Positions 1 through 10,271 of a stretch of 64,000 nt of DNA are shown piece after piece; positions within the stretch are counted from its first letter, which is position 1, and the number at the start of each line of letters is the position of its first letter. Both the position numbers and the translations under genes were made by a program. The DNA is from Enterobacteria phage phiC600P9, in sequence record MZ681930.1; one strand, given 5' to 3'. The notes below the pieces were generated by a model. That model ran no database searches and was not told where the DNA came from. It worked only from the letters and a program-made list of their open reading frames with translations.

Positions 1-2
1 CT

Positions 3-563
3 GAGCAAGCTTCTAAATTCATCGACCATCTTGCGAAAGAATGGCTCGCCGAAAATAAATTAGCAGTTGATAAAGGCATCAAAGCCGAACTGTTTGAATC
101 CATGCTTGGTGGATTAAAAGAGCTCTTTGTTGAACACAACGTTGTTGTTCCAGAAGAATCAGTTGATGTTGTGGCTGAAATGGAAGAAGAGCTGCAAGAA
201 CATAAAGAAGAATCAGCTCGTCTGTTCGAAGAACTCAATATGCGCGACGCATATATCAATTATGTGCAGCGTGAAGTGGCATTGAGCGAAAGTACTAAAG
301 ATCTGACTGAGTCTCAAAAAGAAAAAGTCTCTGCTCTGGTCGAAGGTATGGATTATTCAGATGCATTCTCAAGTAAATTGAGCGCAATCGTAGAAATGGT
401 GAAGAAATCTAATAAAGATGAAAGCACTATTACTGAGGGTATAAATACTCCTGATACTGAAGCAGCCGGACTGAATTTCGTCACTGAAGCTGTAGAAGAT
501 AAAGCTGCACAGGGTGCAGAAGATATTGTAAGTGTATATGCGAAAGTCGCATCTCGTTTCTAA
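3..563 (+). CDS. 22: Prohead core scaffold protein gp22, C-terminal part (5' end outside window)
   Basis: Open frame from window start to stop at 561-563; acidic coiled-coil-like sequence immediately upstream of gene 23, as in T4. Confidence 0.75.
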   Translation, partial: EQASKFIDHLAKEWLAENKLAVDKGIKAELFESMLGGLKELFVEHNVVVPEESVDVVAEMEEELQEHKEESARLFEELNMRDAYINYVQREVALSESTKDLTESQKEKVSALVEGMDYSDAFSSKLSAIVEMVKKSNKDESTITEGINTPDTEAAGLNFVTEAVEDKAAQGAEDIVSVYAKVASRF

Positions 564-581
564 TTTTAAAGGTTAACACAA

Positions 582-2147
582 ATGACTATCAAAACTAAAG
601 CTGAACTTTTGAACAAATGGAAGCCATTACTGGAAGGTGAAGGTTTACCGGAAATTGCTAATAGCAAACAAGCGATTATCGCTAAAATCTTTGAAAACCA
701 GGAAAAAGATTTCCAGACAGCTCCGGAATATAAAGACGAAAAAATTGCTCAGGCATTCGGTTCTTTCTTAACAGAAGCTGAAATCGGTGGTGACCACGGT
801 TACAATGCTACCAACATCGCTGCAGGTCAGACTTCTGGCGCAGTAACTCAGATTGGCCCAGCTGTTATGGGTATGGTACGTCGTGCTATTCCTAACCTGA
901 TTGCTTTCGATATTTGTGGTGTTCAGCCGATGAACAGCCCGACCGGTCAGGTATTCGCACTGCGCGCAGTATATGGTAAAGACCCAATTGCTTCCGGTGC
1001 TAAAGAAGCATTCCACCCAATGTATGGTCCAGATGCAATGTTCTCTGGTCAGGGTGCTGCTAAGAAATTCACAGCTCTGGCTGCTAGCACACAAACCGTT
1101 GTAGGTGATATCTATACTCACTTCTTCCAGGAAACTGGTACTGTGTATCTGCAAGCTTCCGCTGTAGTAACAATTAGTTCAAGCGCAACTGATGCAGATA
1201 AATTAGATGCTGAAATTAAGAAACAAATGGAAGCTGGTGCACTGGTAGAAATCGCTGAAGGTATGGCTACTTCTATCGCTGAACTCCAGGAAGGTTTCAA
1301 CGGTTCTACCGATAACCCATGGAATGAAATGGGCTTCCGTATCGATAAACAAGTTATCGAAGCTAAATCTCGCCAGCTGAAAGCTGCTTACTCTATTGAA
1401 TTAGCACAAGACCTCCGCGCTGTTCACGGTATGGATGCTGATGCTGAACTGTCTGGTATTCTGGCTACAGAAATCATGCTGGAAATCAACCGTGAAGTTG
1501 TTGATTGGATTAACTACTCAGCTCAGGTTGGTAAATCTGGTATGACCCTGACTCCAGGTTCTAAAGCTGGTGTATTTGACTTCCAGGATCCGATTGATAT
1601 TCGTGGTGCTCGCTGGGCGGGTGAATCCTTTAAAGCTCTGTTGTTCCAGATTGACAAAGAAGCAGTTGAAATTGCTCGTCAGACTGGTCGTGGTGAAGGT
1701 AACTTCATTATCGCTTCCCGTAACGTAGTTAACGTTCTGGCTTCAGTTGATACCGGCATTTCTTATGCTGCACAAGGTCTGGCTACCGGCTTTAACACTG
1801 ATACTACCAAGTCAGTATTTGCTGGCGTTCTGGGTGGTAAATACCGTGTATATATCGACCAGTATGCTAAACAGGATTATTTCACTGTAGGTTATAAAGG
1901 TCCGAACGAAATGGATGCTGGTATTTACTACGCTCCATATGTAGCTCTGACTCCGCTGCGTGGTTCCGATCCGAAGAACTTCCAACCAGTAATGGGATTC
2001 AAAACTCGTTACGGTATCGGTATCAACCCATTTGCAGAATCCGCTGCTCAGGCTCCGGCTTCTCGCATCCAGAGCGGTATGCCTTCTATTCTGAATAGCC
2101 TTGGTAAAAACGCTTACTTCCGCCGTGTATATGTTAAAGGTATCTAA
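582..2147 (+). CDS. 23: Major capsid protein gp23
   Basis: 521 aa ORF, N-terminus MTIKTKAELLNKWKPLLEGEG recognisable as T4 gp23; T4 length. Confidence 0.97.
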   Translation: MTIKTKAELLNKWKPLLEGEGLPEIANSKQAIIAKIFENQEKDFQTAPEYKDEKIAQAFGSFLTEAEIGGDHGYNATNIAAGQTSGAVTQIGPAVMGMVRRAIPNLIAFDICGVQPMNSPTGQVFALRAVYGKDPIASGAKEAFHPMYGPDAMFSGQGAAKKFTALAASTQTVVGDIYTHFFQETGTVYLQASAVVTISSSATDADKLDAEIKKQMEAGALVEIAEGMATSIAELQEGFNGSTDNPWNEMGFRIDKQVIEAKSRQLKAAYSIELAQDLRAVHGMDADAELSGILATEIMLEINREVVDWINYSAQVGKSGMTLTPGSKAGVFDFQDPIDIRGARWAGESFKALLFQIDKEAVEIARQTGRGEGNFIIASRNVVNVLASVDTGISYAAQGLATGFNTDTTKSVFAGVLGGKYRVYIDQYAKQDYFTVGYKGPNEMDAGIYYAPYVALTPLRGSDPKNFQPVMGFKTRYGIGINPFAESAAQAPASRIQSGMPSILNSLGKNAYFRRVYVKGI

Positions 2148-2161
2148 TCTTTGACGATTTA

Positions 2162-2190
2162 AGGGACCTTCGGGTCCCTTTAGTTGTTTT
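2162..2190 (+). terminator. Hairpin (GGGACC-UUCG-GGUCCC) plus T-run after gene 23
   Basis: Perfect GC stem with UUCG loop followed by tttagttgttttt. Confidence 0.7.
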
Positions 2191-2195
2191 TATGG

Positions 2196-2203
2196 TATAA
2201 ATA
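2196..2203 (+). promoter_or_regulatory. T4-type late promoter TATAAATA upstream of gene 24
   Basis: Exact TATAAATA about 28 nt upstream of the gene 24 ATG. Confidence 0.75.
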
Positions 2204-2230
2204 AATCATATAAACCAAAAGGAAAGCGCA

Positions 2231-3514
2231 ATGGCTAAAATCAACGAACTTCTGCGCGAATCAACCACAACGAATAGCAACTCAATCGGTCGCCCAAATC
2301 TCGTTGCTTTGACTCGCGCTACCACTAAATTAATATATTCTGACATTGTAGCAACGCAAAGAACTAATCAACCTGTTGCTGCTTTTTATGGTATCAAATA
2401 CCTTAACCCAGATAACGAATTTACATTTAAAACTGGTGCTACTTACGCTGGCGAAGCTGGGTACGTAGACCGAGAACAAATCACAGAATTAACAGAAGAG
2501 TCTAAATTAACTCTCAATAAAGGCGATTTATTCAAATATAATAATATCGTTTATAAAGTATTAGAAGATACACCATTTGCTGATATTGAAGAAAGCGATT
2601 TAGAATTAGCTCTTCAGATTGCAATTGTTCTTTTAAAGGTTCGTCTATTTTCTGATGCTGCAGTAACAAGCAAATTTGAAAGCTCTGATAGCGAAATTGC
2701 GGATGCTAGATTCCAGATTAATAAATGGCAAACCGCAGTTAAATCTCGTAAACTTAAAACTGGCATCACAGTTGAATTAGCGCAAGATTTAGAAGCAAAT
2801 GGATTCGATGCTCCTAATTTCTTGGAAGATTTGCTTGCAACTGAAATGGCAGATGAAATCAATAAAGATATTCTGCAATCTTTGATTACAGTATCAAAAC
2901 GCTATAAAGTTACAGGAATTACTGATACTGGATTCATTGATTTGAGTTATGCATCTGCACCTGAAGCTGGTCGTTCATTATACCGAATGGTATGTGAAAT
3001 GGTTTCGCATATCCAAAAAGAATCAACTTATACTGCAACGTTCTGTGTTGCTTCAGCTCGTGCCGCTGCGATTCTTGCTGCATCAGGTTGGTTAAAACAT
3101 AAACCAGAAGATGATAAATATCTTTCACAAAATGCCTACGGGTTCTTAGCTAATGGTTTACCGCTTTATTGCGATACTAACAGCCCATTAGATTATGTAA
3201 TCGTTGGTGTAGTAGAAAATATTGGCGAAAAAGAAATTGTTGGATCAATTTTCTATGCTCCGTATACAGAAGGTCTTGACTTAGATGACCCTGAACATGT
3301 AGGTGCATTTAAAGTTGTAGTTGATCCAGAAAGCTTACAACCATCTATCGGTTTATTGGTTAGATATGCTTTATCTGCAAATCCTTACACCGTAGCAAAA
3401 GATGAAAAAGAAGCAAGAATAATTGATGGTGGAGACATGGATAAAATGGCGGGTCGTTCAGATTTGTCTGTTTTATTAGGTGTTAAATTACCAAAAATTA
3501 TCGTTGATGAATAA
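2231..3514 (+). CDS. 24: Capsid vertex protein gp24
   Basis: 427 aa ORF, gp23 paralogue, position after gene 23. Confidence 0.95.
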   Translation: MAKINELLRESTTTNSNSIGRPNLVALTRATTKLIYSDIVATQRTNQPVAAFYGIKYLNPDNEFTFKTGATYAGEAGYVDREQITELTEESKLTLNKGDLFKYNNIVYKVLEDTPFADIEESDLELALQIAIVLLKVRLFSDAAVTSKFESSDSEIADARFQINKWQTAVKSRKLKTGITVELAQDLEANGFDAPNFLEDLLATEMADEINKDILQSLITVSKRYKVTGITDTGFIDLSYASAPEAGRSLYRMVCEMVSHIQKESTYTATFCVASARAAAILAASGWLKHKPEDDKYLSQNAYGFLANGLPLYCDTNSPLDYVIVGVVENIGEKEIVGSIFYAPYTEGLDLDDPEHVGAFKVVVDPESLQPSIGLLVRYALSANPYTVAKDEKEARIIDGGDMDKMAGRSDLSVLLGVKLPKIIVDE

Positions 3515-3516
3515 AA

Positions 3517-3545
3517 CAAAGGGACCGAAAGGTCCCTTTTTTATT
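3517..3545. terminator. Bidirectional hairpin terminator between gene 24 (+) and rnlB (-)
   Basis: GGGACC-GAAA-GGTCCC stem flanked by A-run upstream and T-run downstream. Confidence 0.7.
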
Positions 3546-4549
3546 TAACTTACCAATTCAATCCAAGCCGGACGAAGTACATCTTGTACCATTTTAACTA
3601 ATTCCTTTTTAATCAAAGAAGGATTATCCGCTTGAGTTAAAGTAATACCTTCACGAGAAGTTTCTTCCAAAATATCTTGAACAGTTAGTCCCATCACCTT
3701 TCCAAAATCCTTTGGACCAATTTCGCCAATTTTAGAAATAACGTTATTTACTCGGTTCAGTGTAACGTAGCAAGCTAAAATTCCCAGCAATTTATTATCA
3801 GCTTCTGACAGCTCAACTTTAGCTTTAATAGGCTTATCAGACTTTTTCTTTTCGCTAAATTTAGAGTTCTTGCATTTAATAGCTACACGATTGCCATTAG
3901 GCATCCAAGAAGGATAACAAGGTTTCAATACATAACCTTCAGCGGTAAATACTTCGCCTTTTGCTTCGGCATTCCAAACGCATTTATTTGCATCAACTAA
4001 TCCAGCATGGTCTACTGTAAAATTATAATCCTGGACGACAGAATCTAAATCGTTTGGCAATTTAATAAGCTCTTCAAATTTACCGCGACCTAAAAGTGGA
4101 GCCATTTTAAATTTAAATGTATTACAGAATGATTCCATCATATAATCATCGACATAAGTCACATCACCACTTTCGGTAGTAACAATAATGTCAAATACAT
4201 AAAAATCTTTATCGCCATAATCGACATTCTTCTGAATGCCAGGTCCAGCGAATTCGCCAAAGACTTGATAAGATACAACCGCTGAGGTTTCCATAATATC
4301 TTGTACTGCTTTAATGGAATCAGCGTAATTCTTTAGAATAATTTCATACCCAAAGAAATCTTCAGCAGGAAGAATAGGACCAGTACGTTTAGCGCAAGTT
4401 ACTTTATCGCGCTCAATAATCAATGAGAAATTTGTGCCGTGAATCTTTTCACGAGCTACCCACTCCCCACCAGTCAATCCCAAGCTATAAAGTTTTTCAA
4501 TAAATTTAGAGTTGTAATGATTTTCAAGACTGCTATACTTTTTAAACAT
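3545..4549 (-). CDS. rnlB: RNA ligase 2 (Rnl2)
   Basis: 334 aa ORF, N-terminus [19 protein letters not shown] and KIHGTN adenylation motif; T4 Rnl2 length. Confidence 0.93.
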   Translation of the reverse strand: MFKKYSSLENHYNSKFIEKLYSLGLTGGEWVAREKIHGTNFSLIIERDKVTCAKRTGPILPAEDFFGYEIILKNYADSIKAVQDIMETSAVVSYQVFGEFAGPGIQKNVDYGDKDFYVFDIIVTTESGDVTYVDDYMMESFCNTFKFKMAPLLGRGKFEELIKLPNDLDSVVQDYNFTVDHAGLVDANKCVWNAEAKGEVFTAEGYVLKPCYPSWMPNGNRVAIKCKNSKFSEKKKSDKPIKAKVELSEADNKLLGILACYVTLNRVNNVISKIGEIGPKDFGKVMGLTVQDILEETSREGITLTQADNPSLIKKELVKMVQDVLRPAWIELVS

Positions 4550-4558
4550 AATTAATCC

Positions 4559-4837
4559 TCAAAATGTAATTTCTAACCAATCACCATCACGCTGATCACT
4601 ATTGACTTTAAAGCTGAATCCTTCTTTTCTCAGCCAATCACCAATTTCTTCAGTAATCAATTTATCACGAGCAATACAATAATAATTAAAATGTGTTTTA
4701 CCTTGTTCAGCTGCTTTATTAGCAAGTTCCGAAAAATCTTTAATAAAACACTCTAGTTTAAACTGTTTACTTTTAAGTGCTTTTTCGCGTAATTGACTAG
4801 CAAAAGATTCATTTTCATAAAGATCATACTGTTCCAT
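4559..4837 (-). CDS. Hypothetical protein (T4 24.2 position)
   Basis: 92 aa ORF in operon with rnlB; synteny only. Confidence 0.6.
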   Translation of the reverse strand: MEQYDLYENESFASQLREKALKSKQFKLECFIKDFSELANKAAEQGKTHFNYYCIARDKLITEEIGDWLRKEGFSFKVNSDQRDGDWLEITF

Positions 4838-5039
4838 TTTTCACCTTCTTATTAATATGTCTTTTTCTATAGACAACTTTTTCTCGAGTCTCAAATTTAT
4901 TCTTAGCAGTCATAGCTCGAGCCCATAATACAGCCACTTCTTTCGCCTGTAAGTTCAATTCACGAGCAATTTCAATGAATGACTTTCCAGACTCATGGAG
5001 TGTAAACACCACAACCTCAGTTCTCATAATCAATCTCAT
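4824..5039 (-). CDS. Small protein with HTH-like segment (T4 24.3 position)
   Basis: 71 aa ORF; segment SFIEIARELNLQAKEVAVLWARA resembles a sigma-region-4/LuxR-type helix-turn-helix. Confidence 0.5.
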   Translation of the reverse strand: MRLIMRTEVVVFTLHESGKSFIEIARELNLQAKEVAVLWARAMTAKNKFETREKVVYRKRHINKKVKNGTV

Positions 5040-5108
5040 GTTATCGAGTTGGTGCCATTATATACATCGTTTTCCGATTGTGTTTTGTGTGCTTTCAAAA
5101 TGAAGAAA

Positions 5109-5122
5109 GGGGCCGAAGCCCC
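5109..5122 (-). terminator. GGGGC-UUCG-GCCCC hairpin between hoc and 24.3
   Basis: Perfect GC hairpin; on the minus strand it is followed by a T-rich run. Confidence 0.6.
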
Positions 5123-5127
5123 TGAGA

Positions 5128-6258
5128 TTATGGATAGGTATAGATGATACCAGTTTCTAAAGCAGTTTTATGAATGATGTATCCATTACGTGATTCTTGA
5201 ACATCAACTTCTGGATAGTCTTTCATCATCTTCTGAAGAGTGTAACGATGCAAGTAGTATTTACTATCTGGATCTTCAGTTTTCCAATCTTTACCTTCTT
5301 CAGTCATTTTTTGGATTTCATCCATAACCCACCAACCGCACCAGATATAAGCTGAAGTACGATGTGGAAGAGGATGAACATAAGGTAATTCACCTTCTGG
5401 TTCCGGAGCAACTTTATCAGTTACCTGAACTTGACCTTCTGCTGTGATAGTTTTGCTATCATAGTCAGTTGCTGTAACGACAGCAGTAACTTCAATAGTT
5501 TGACTTCCAATAGATGATGTATCAACGGTGTATACATTAGTTGACCCTTCTACAGGAGAAGAATCTTTCTTCCATGAATACGTAATTTGCGCTTCTTCCG
5601 GGGCATCAGTGACATTAGCAGTAAATGTAGCCGAAGCATCTTGCTGAACATTAATAGAAGGAGGAGTCAATGTAACTTGTGGATTCATTGTCTTCTTATT
5701 AACAGTCAGTGATACTTCATTAGAAGTAACTTCCTTTGCATCATAATCTGTCGCTGTTACTTGGGCTACGCATTTAATTCTTTTTACTCCACTTGTAGTT
5801 GGAGTATAGCTAAATGTAGCGGAAGTTGCTTCACTAACAGGAGAATCATCTACATGCCACTGATACGTAGCAGATGCGCCTGGTGGTTGAGAAGCTAAAG
5901 CAGCAGTAAATTCAACAGGAGTTCCAATCACTCCAGCAGCAGGACTATCAGGAGTTACAGCTAAGGTAGTTGTCTGTGTCTTATTTTGAACTGTGATAGT
6001 TGTACTAATTTCAGCTGTTTCGGGACTACTATCGGCAACTTGATTGGTTGCAACTACTTTAATAGTCTTTTGACCAGCAGGTCCTTTTAGTACATAACTA
6101 AAAGTTGCTTCAGCTCCATCTTGTGGAACATCATCTACAGTCCAAACATATGTAATAGGTCCATCTCCAGTTTGACCACTGGGTGTAGCAGTAAACTGCT
6201 GAGTCTGATCTATAACTCCAGTAGGTGTTTTAGGAGTTATATCAACTGTAAAAGTCAT
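5128..6258 (-). CDS. hoc: Highly immunogenic outer capsid protein Hoc
   Basis: 376 aa ORF with Ig-like repeat architecture and the conserved capsid-binding C-terminus (YVHPLPHR...CGWWVMDEIQK). Confidence 0.93.
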   Translation of the reverse strand: MTFTVDITPKTPTGVIDQTQQFTATPSGQTGDGPITYVWTVDDVPQDGAEATFSYVLKGPAGQKTIKVVATNQVADSSPETAEISTTITVQNKTQTTTLAVTPDSPAAGVIGTPVEFTAALASQPPGASATYQWHVDDSPVSEATSATFSYTPTTSGVKRIKCVAQVTATDYDAKEVTSNEVSLTVNKKTMNPQVTLTPPSINVQQDASATFTANVTDAPEEAQITYSWKKDSSPVEGSTNVYTVDTSSIGSQTIEVTAVVTATDYDSKTITAEGQVQVTDKVAPEPEGELPYVHPLPHRTSAYIWCGWWVMDEIQKMTEEGKDWKTEDPDSKYYLHRYTLQKMMKDYPEVDVQESRNGYIIHKTALETGIIYTYP

Positions 6259-6267
6259 AAGTTATCC

Positions 6268-6948
6268 TTATTTTAATGTTACGAAAGAAGAATTGCGTGT
6301 TTCACGAATTAGAACTGATCCGTCACGATTAATGTAGTAAATTAAGCTAAATAAAGTTTGGTGTGCTGACGCATGCTCAAAACTGGTTGGGTGAGATTTC
6401 CAATCCGGAGTTTCAGCAATCCACTGGTAAATCCACCAAGGAACAGTGCAGAATCCTGGATTTTTTCCAATCAGCTGAAGATTCGGACTAAAGTTTTCCG
6501 GAAGAGTAAATACAGACGGCTTTTCAGATTCAATAATCTCAGCTATAGCCTGTTCGAATTTTTCTTCAACAAAAGGAGTATCTTCAATCAAAACATCGGT
6601 ATTTTCGGGAATTTTATCCGTTTCTACTACTTCAATTTTAATATCAGATTTAACCGGAGAATCAATTAGAAGTGCTGCTTCTGGATTGACTTCTTCATCG
6701 TCATATTTTAACCCCTCTGCGGCATCAGCAGCATTGATTAAGTCTTTAATAGATAACCCATCAGTCTCTGGCATAGGTTCACTAGCGAGCTTCTGGAGGG
6801 CTTCTTCAATATCAACAACGATATTATCAAAAGATTTATTCTTTTTGACCTTTATACCAAACTGTTCAGCATATTCAGCTAATTTAGCCTTAGCTTCTTT
6901 ATTATCATCAAGAGCCTTCAGCTCTGCAATATAATCTTTATCTATCAT
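6268..6948 (-). CDS. inh: Inhibitor of prohead protease (Inh)
   Basis: 226 aa ORF, position between hoc and segD, T4 Inh length. Confidence 0.8.
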   Translation of the reverse strand: MIDKDYIAELKALDDNKEAKAKLAEYAEQFGIKVKKNKSFDNIVVDIEEALQKLASEPMPETDGLSIKDLINAADAAEGLKYDDEEVNPEAALLIDSPVKSDIKIEVVETDKIPENTDVLIEDTPFVEEKFEQAIAEIIESEKPSVFTLPENFSPNLQLIGKNPGFCTVPWWIYQWIAETPDWKSHPTSFEHASAHQTLFSLIYYINRDGSVLIRETRNSSFVTLK

Positions 6949-6961
6949 AATATTTCCTCAG

Positions 6962-6969
6962 TATAAATA
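6962..6969 (+). promoter_or_regulatory. Late promoter TATAAATA upstream of segD
   Basis: Exact TATAAATA about 30 nt upstream of the segD ATG. Confidence 0.6.
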
Positions 6970-6997
6970 TAGATATATTTATTACTCGGAAAATAGT

Positions 6998-7615
6998 ATG
7001 TACCACTTTGTATATGAAACGACAAATCTAATAAATGGTAAAAAGTATATAGGAAAACACTCTACTGATGACTTGAATGATGGCTACCTTGGTTCCGGTA
7101 AGGCAATTCAGCAGGCTATAAAGAAATATGGTGAAAAGAATTTCTCTAGAACAATACTAAAAGAGTTTAAAACTTCCGAAGAAGCGTACATGTATGAAGA
7201 AGAAATTATAACTCCTGAACTAATAAAAAGCAAAAATTATTATAATATGAAACCTGGTGGAATTGGTGGAATTGTTATGACTGCAGAGGTTATAGCAAAG
7301 ATGAAAGAATCTTCCGCTAAGAGATTTGAAAACTCACCGGGCACGGTATTAGGTACAACTTGTTACACTAATGGAACTAAAAATATTTTTATTAAACCTG
7401 GAGAACTTGTTCCAGAAGGATTTGTAAAAGGGATGGTTCATCTTAATAGAAAGTCCAGAAAAGGATGTAAAGTCAAACCGACTACCACAGGAACTTTTTG
7501 GGTCAATAATGGAGCAATAAATAAATTAATACAACCGGACGGTATTATTCCCGACGGATTTATTAAAGGTCGTCTCATGAAAAGAGACTCTAAAGGCAAA
7601 TTTAGTAAGGCATAA
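6998..7615 (+). CDS. segD: GIY-YIG homing endonuclease SegD
   Basis: 205 aa ORF; N-terminal GIY-YIG motif (YHFVYETTNLINGKKYIGKH); C-terminal repeated NG..N..I.P....P.GF.KG DNA-binding-like modules. Confidence 0.85.
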   Translation: MYHFVYETTNLINGKKYIGKHSTDDLNDGYLGSGKAIQQAIKKYGEKNFSRTILKEFKTSEEAYMYEEEIITPELIKSKNYYNMKPGGIGGIVMTAEVIAKMKESSAKRFENSPGTVLGTTCYTNGTKNIFIKPGELVPEGFVKGMVHLNRKSRKGCKVKPTTTGTFWVNNGAINKLIQPDGIIPDGFIKGRLMKRDSKGKFSKA

Positions 7616-7617
7616 TT

Positions 7618-9126
7618 ATGGATATTAAAGTACATTTTCACGACTTCAGTCATGTACGCATCGATTGTGAAGAGAGCACGTTCCACGAATTAAGAGATTT
7701 CTTTTCGTTTGAGGCCGATGGATATAGGTTTAATCCTCGCTTCAGATATGGCAACTGGGATGGACGAATCCGTCTTTTAGATTATAATCGTCTTCTTCCA
7801 TTCGGCTTAGTCGGGCAAATTAAAAAGTTCTGTGATAATTTTGGCTATAAAGCCTGGATTGACCCGCAGATTAACGAAAAAGAAGAATTATCAAGAAAAG
7901 ATTTTGATGAATGGCTTTCTAAATTAGAAATCTATTCAGGAAATAAAAGAATTGAACCGCATTGGTATCAAAAAGATGCAGTGTTCGAAGGATTAGTTAA
8001 TCGTCGTAGAATTCTTAATCTTCCAACATCCGCTGGTAAATCGTTAATCCAAGCTTTGCTTGCGCGATATTATTTGGAAAATTATGAAGGTAAAATTCTT
8101 ATCATTGTTCCAACAACTGCTCTGACAACTCAGATGGCTGATGACTTTGTTGACTATCGTTTATTCAGTCATGCAATGATAAAGAAAATTGGTGGCGGAG
8201 CATCAAAAGATGATAAATATAAAAATGATGCACCAGTCGTCGTTGGTACATGGCAAACTGTAGTTAAACAACCGAAAGAATGGTTCTCACAGTTTGGAAT
8301 GATGATGAATGATGAATGCCATCTTGCTACAGGAAAAAGTATTTCATCCATCATATCAGGTTTAAATAACTGCATGTTCAAATTCGGTTTGTCTGGTTCA
8401 TTACGTGATGGCAAAGCCAATATCATGCAGTATGTTGGAATGTTTGGTGAAATATTTAAGCCAGTAACGACTTCTAAATTAATGGAAGATGGACAAGTAA
8501 CTGAGCTAAAAATTAATAGTATTTTTCTTCGCTATCCCGATGAGTTCACTACTAAATTAAAGGGAAAAACTTATCAAGAAGAAATAAAAATTATTACTGG
8601 GCTTAGTAAAAGAAATAAATGGATCGCTAAATTAGCTATTAAGCTTGCGCAAAAAGATGAAAACGCTTTTGTCATGTTTAAACATGTATCGCATGGTAAA
8701 GCTATTTTCGATTTAATTAAAAATGAATACGATAAAGTTTATTACGTATCAGGGGAAGTTGATACCGAAACCCGCAACGTAATGAAAACCTTAGCTGAAA
8801 ATGGTAAAGGAATAATTATAGTAGCGAGTTATGGTGTATTTTCTACTGGTATTTCAGTTAAAAATCTGCATCATGTTGTTTTAGCGCACGGCGTTAAATC
8901 AAAAATCATTGTATTACAAACAATCGGTCGTGTATTACGTAAGCATGGTTCTAAAACAGTCGCAACAGTCTGGGACCTCATAGATGATTGTGGTGTTAAG
9001 CCAAAATCTGCTAATACGAAAAAGAAATATGTTCATTTGAACTATCTTTTAAAACACGGCATTGATCGTATTCAGCGCTACGCAGATGAAAAATTTAATT
9101 ACGTAATGAAAACAGTTAATTTATAA
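7618..9126 (+). CDS. uvsW: UvsW DNA helicase
   Basis: 502 aa ORF; Walker A (LPTSAGKS) and DECH box. Confidence 0.93.
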   Translation: MDIKVHFHDFSHVRIDCEESTFHELRDFFSFEADGYRFNPRFRYGNWDGRIRLLDYNRLLPFGLVGQIKKFCDNFGYKAWIDPQINEKEELSRKDFDEWLSKLEIYSGNKRIEPHWYQKDAVFEGLVNRRRILNLPTSAGKSLIQALLARYYLENYEGKILIIVPTTALTTQMADDFVDYRLFSHAMIKKIGGGASKDDKYKNDAPVVVGTWQTVVKQPKEWFSQFGMMMNDECHLATGKSISSIISGLNNCMFKFGLSGSLRDGKANIMQYVGMFGEIFKPVTTSKLMEDGQVTELKINSIFLRYPDEFTTKLKGKTYQEEIKIITGLSKRNKWIAKLAIKLAQKDENAFVMFKHVSHGKAIFDLIKNEYDKVYYVSGEVDTETRNVMKTLAENGKGIIIVASYGVFSTGISVKNLHHVVLAHGVKSKIIVLQTIGRVLRKHGSKTVATVWDLIDDCGVKPKSANTKKKYVHLNYLLKHGIDRIQRYADEKFNYVMKTVNL

Positions 9127-9151
9127 GGGCTTCGGCCCTTTGGAGAAAAAG

Positions 9152-9382
9152 ATGTTACTAAAATTTAAACAATTTCTTTATGAAGCTTCTATTGATGAAT
9201 TTATGGGTAAAATTGCCTCTTGTCAAACATTAGAAGGTTTAGAAGAACTTGAAGCTTATTACAAGAAAAGAGTCAAAGAAACTGAATTAAAAGATACTGA
9301 TGACATCTCTGTAAGAGATGCTTTGGCAGGAAAAAGAGCTGAATTAGAAGATTCAGACGATGAAGTAGAAGAAAGCTTTTAA
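9152..9382 (+). CDS. uvsW.1: UvsW.1 small acidic protein
   Basis: ORF track gives 9140 (TTG) as start; ATG at 9152 preceded by GGAG gives 76 aa, the T4 UvsW.1 size. Confidence 0.75.
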   Translation: MLLKFKQFLYEASIDEFMGKIASCQTLEGLEELEAYYKKRVKETELKDTDDISVRDALAGKRAELEDSDDEVEESF

Positions 9383-9438
9383 ATTAAAAAAGGCCCAACC
9401 AAAAAGGAAGGGCCAAAACTATAGACTAAAGGTCACAC

Positions 9439-9606
9439 TATAGCAAAAGTTGTGTTTCATTTAATTGTTCTTCCGAACTTTCTGAAACTGGTAGTTCTTT
9501 AATGTAATTATAGCAAGGCCCAGGATGTACAGGACCTTTGTCTGTTTCAACAACCAATGCAGAATCGATTGGAGTTTTACAGACAACACAAATCTTATCT
9601 GACATG
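9439..9606 (-). CDS. Small Cys-containing protein (T4 uvsY.-1 position)
   Basis: 55 aa ORF below the track cutoff: MSDKICVVCKTPIDSALVVETDKGPVHPGPCYNY...; CxxC plus a distal Cys. Confidence 0.55.
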
Positions 9607-9633
9607 ATTGTCTCCTCTGAATTATATATCTAT

Positions 9634-9858
9634 TTATACAACTCTCATATGCATATCAATGCCCATATCTTTAGAATAAAAATATTCATCAAGATATCCG
9701 GCAAATTTTCCTTTAATATAAAGGACATCTTCACCACACGGGTGATCGGCCAGGATACGAATATCCTGACGCTTAAGATTATGCTTTTTCATTAAGAATT
9801 GAATTTCCGTTTCAAATTCTTCTTCATAATTAAAAGCATCATCAATGCTATATCTCAT
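9634..9858 (-). CDS. Hypothetical protein (T4 uvsY.-2 position)
   Basis: 74 aa ORF with ATGA-type overlap to the uvsY stop. Confidence 0.65.
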   Translation of the reverse strand: MRYSIDDAFNYEEEFETEIQFLMKKHNLKRQDIRILADHPCGEDVLYIKGKFAGYLDEYFYSKDMGIDMHMRVV

Positions 9859-10271
9859 TATTTTCCAGCCTCAAATGCCCGCATGTCTTGAATATGCTTA
9901 ATAGCAAATCCACGTGATTTGATAGCATCAAGAGCTCCGCTACAGAAATCCAATAAAATCCCCCAATACTGCAGCGAGGTATCAACCTTTAAAACATCCT
10001 TATCAGCTGATAGAACTGTCTTCATTTCTGATTTCTCGTAACGATCCATACTAAATTCATCACCATCTCCTCGTCCCGAGTAGTAGTCTAATCTAGCTTT
10101 AAGAGCAACTTTTTTCTGTGCGTCAATTCTAAGCATTTCCTTTTTAATACTTGAATGCTTATTAAGCCATTTACTATATAACATCACATTATTAGCTGCT
10201 TCATACTGTAATTTAGTCGAATCTATAAACACATCTTTCTTCAATTCTTCTTGAAGATCTTCTAATCTCAT
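9858..10271 (-). CDS. uvsY: Recombination mediator UvsY
   Basis: 137 aa ORF, T4 UvsY length and sequence (MRLEDLQEELKKDVFID...). Confidence 0.93.
   Translation of the reverse strand: MRLEDLQEELKKDVFIDSTKLQYEAANNVMLYSKWLNKHSSIKKEMLRIDAQKKVALKARLDYYSGRGDGDEFSMDRYEKSEMKTVLSADKDVLKVDTSLQYWGILLDFCSGALDAIKSRGFAIKHIQDMRAFEAGK

Noticed and set aside
768-1300. Minus-strand ORFs (128 aa and 60 aa) inside gene 23
   Set aside because: Antisense shadow frames within a highly expressed, well-recognised capsid gene; no ribosome-binding site or promoter context.
9538-9795. Plus-strand 85-aa ORF
   Set aside because: Antisense to the uvsY.-1 and uvsY.-2 ORFs, with no translation signals.
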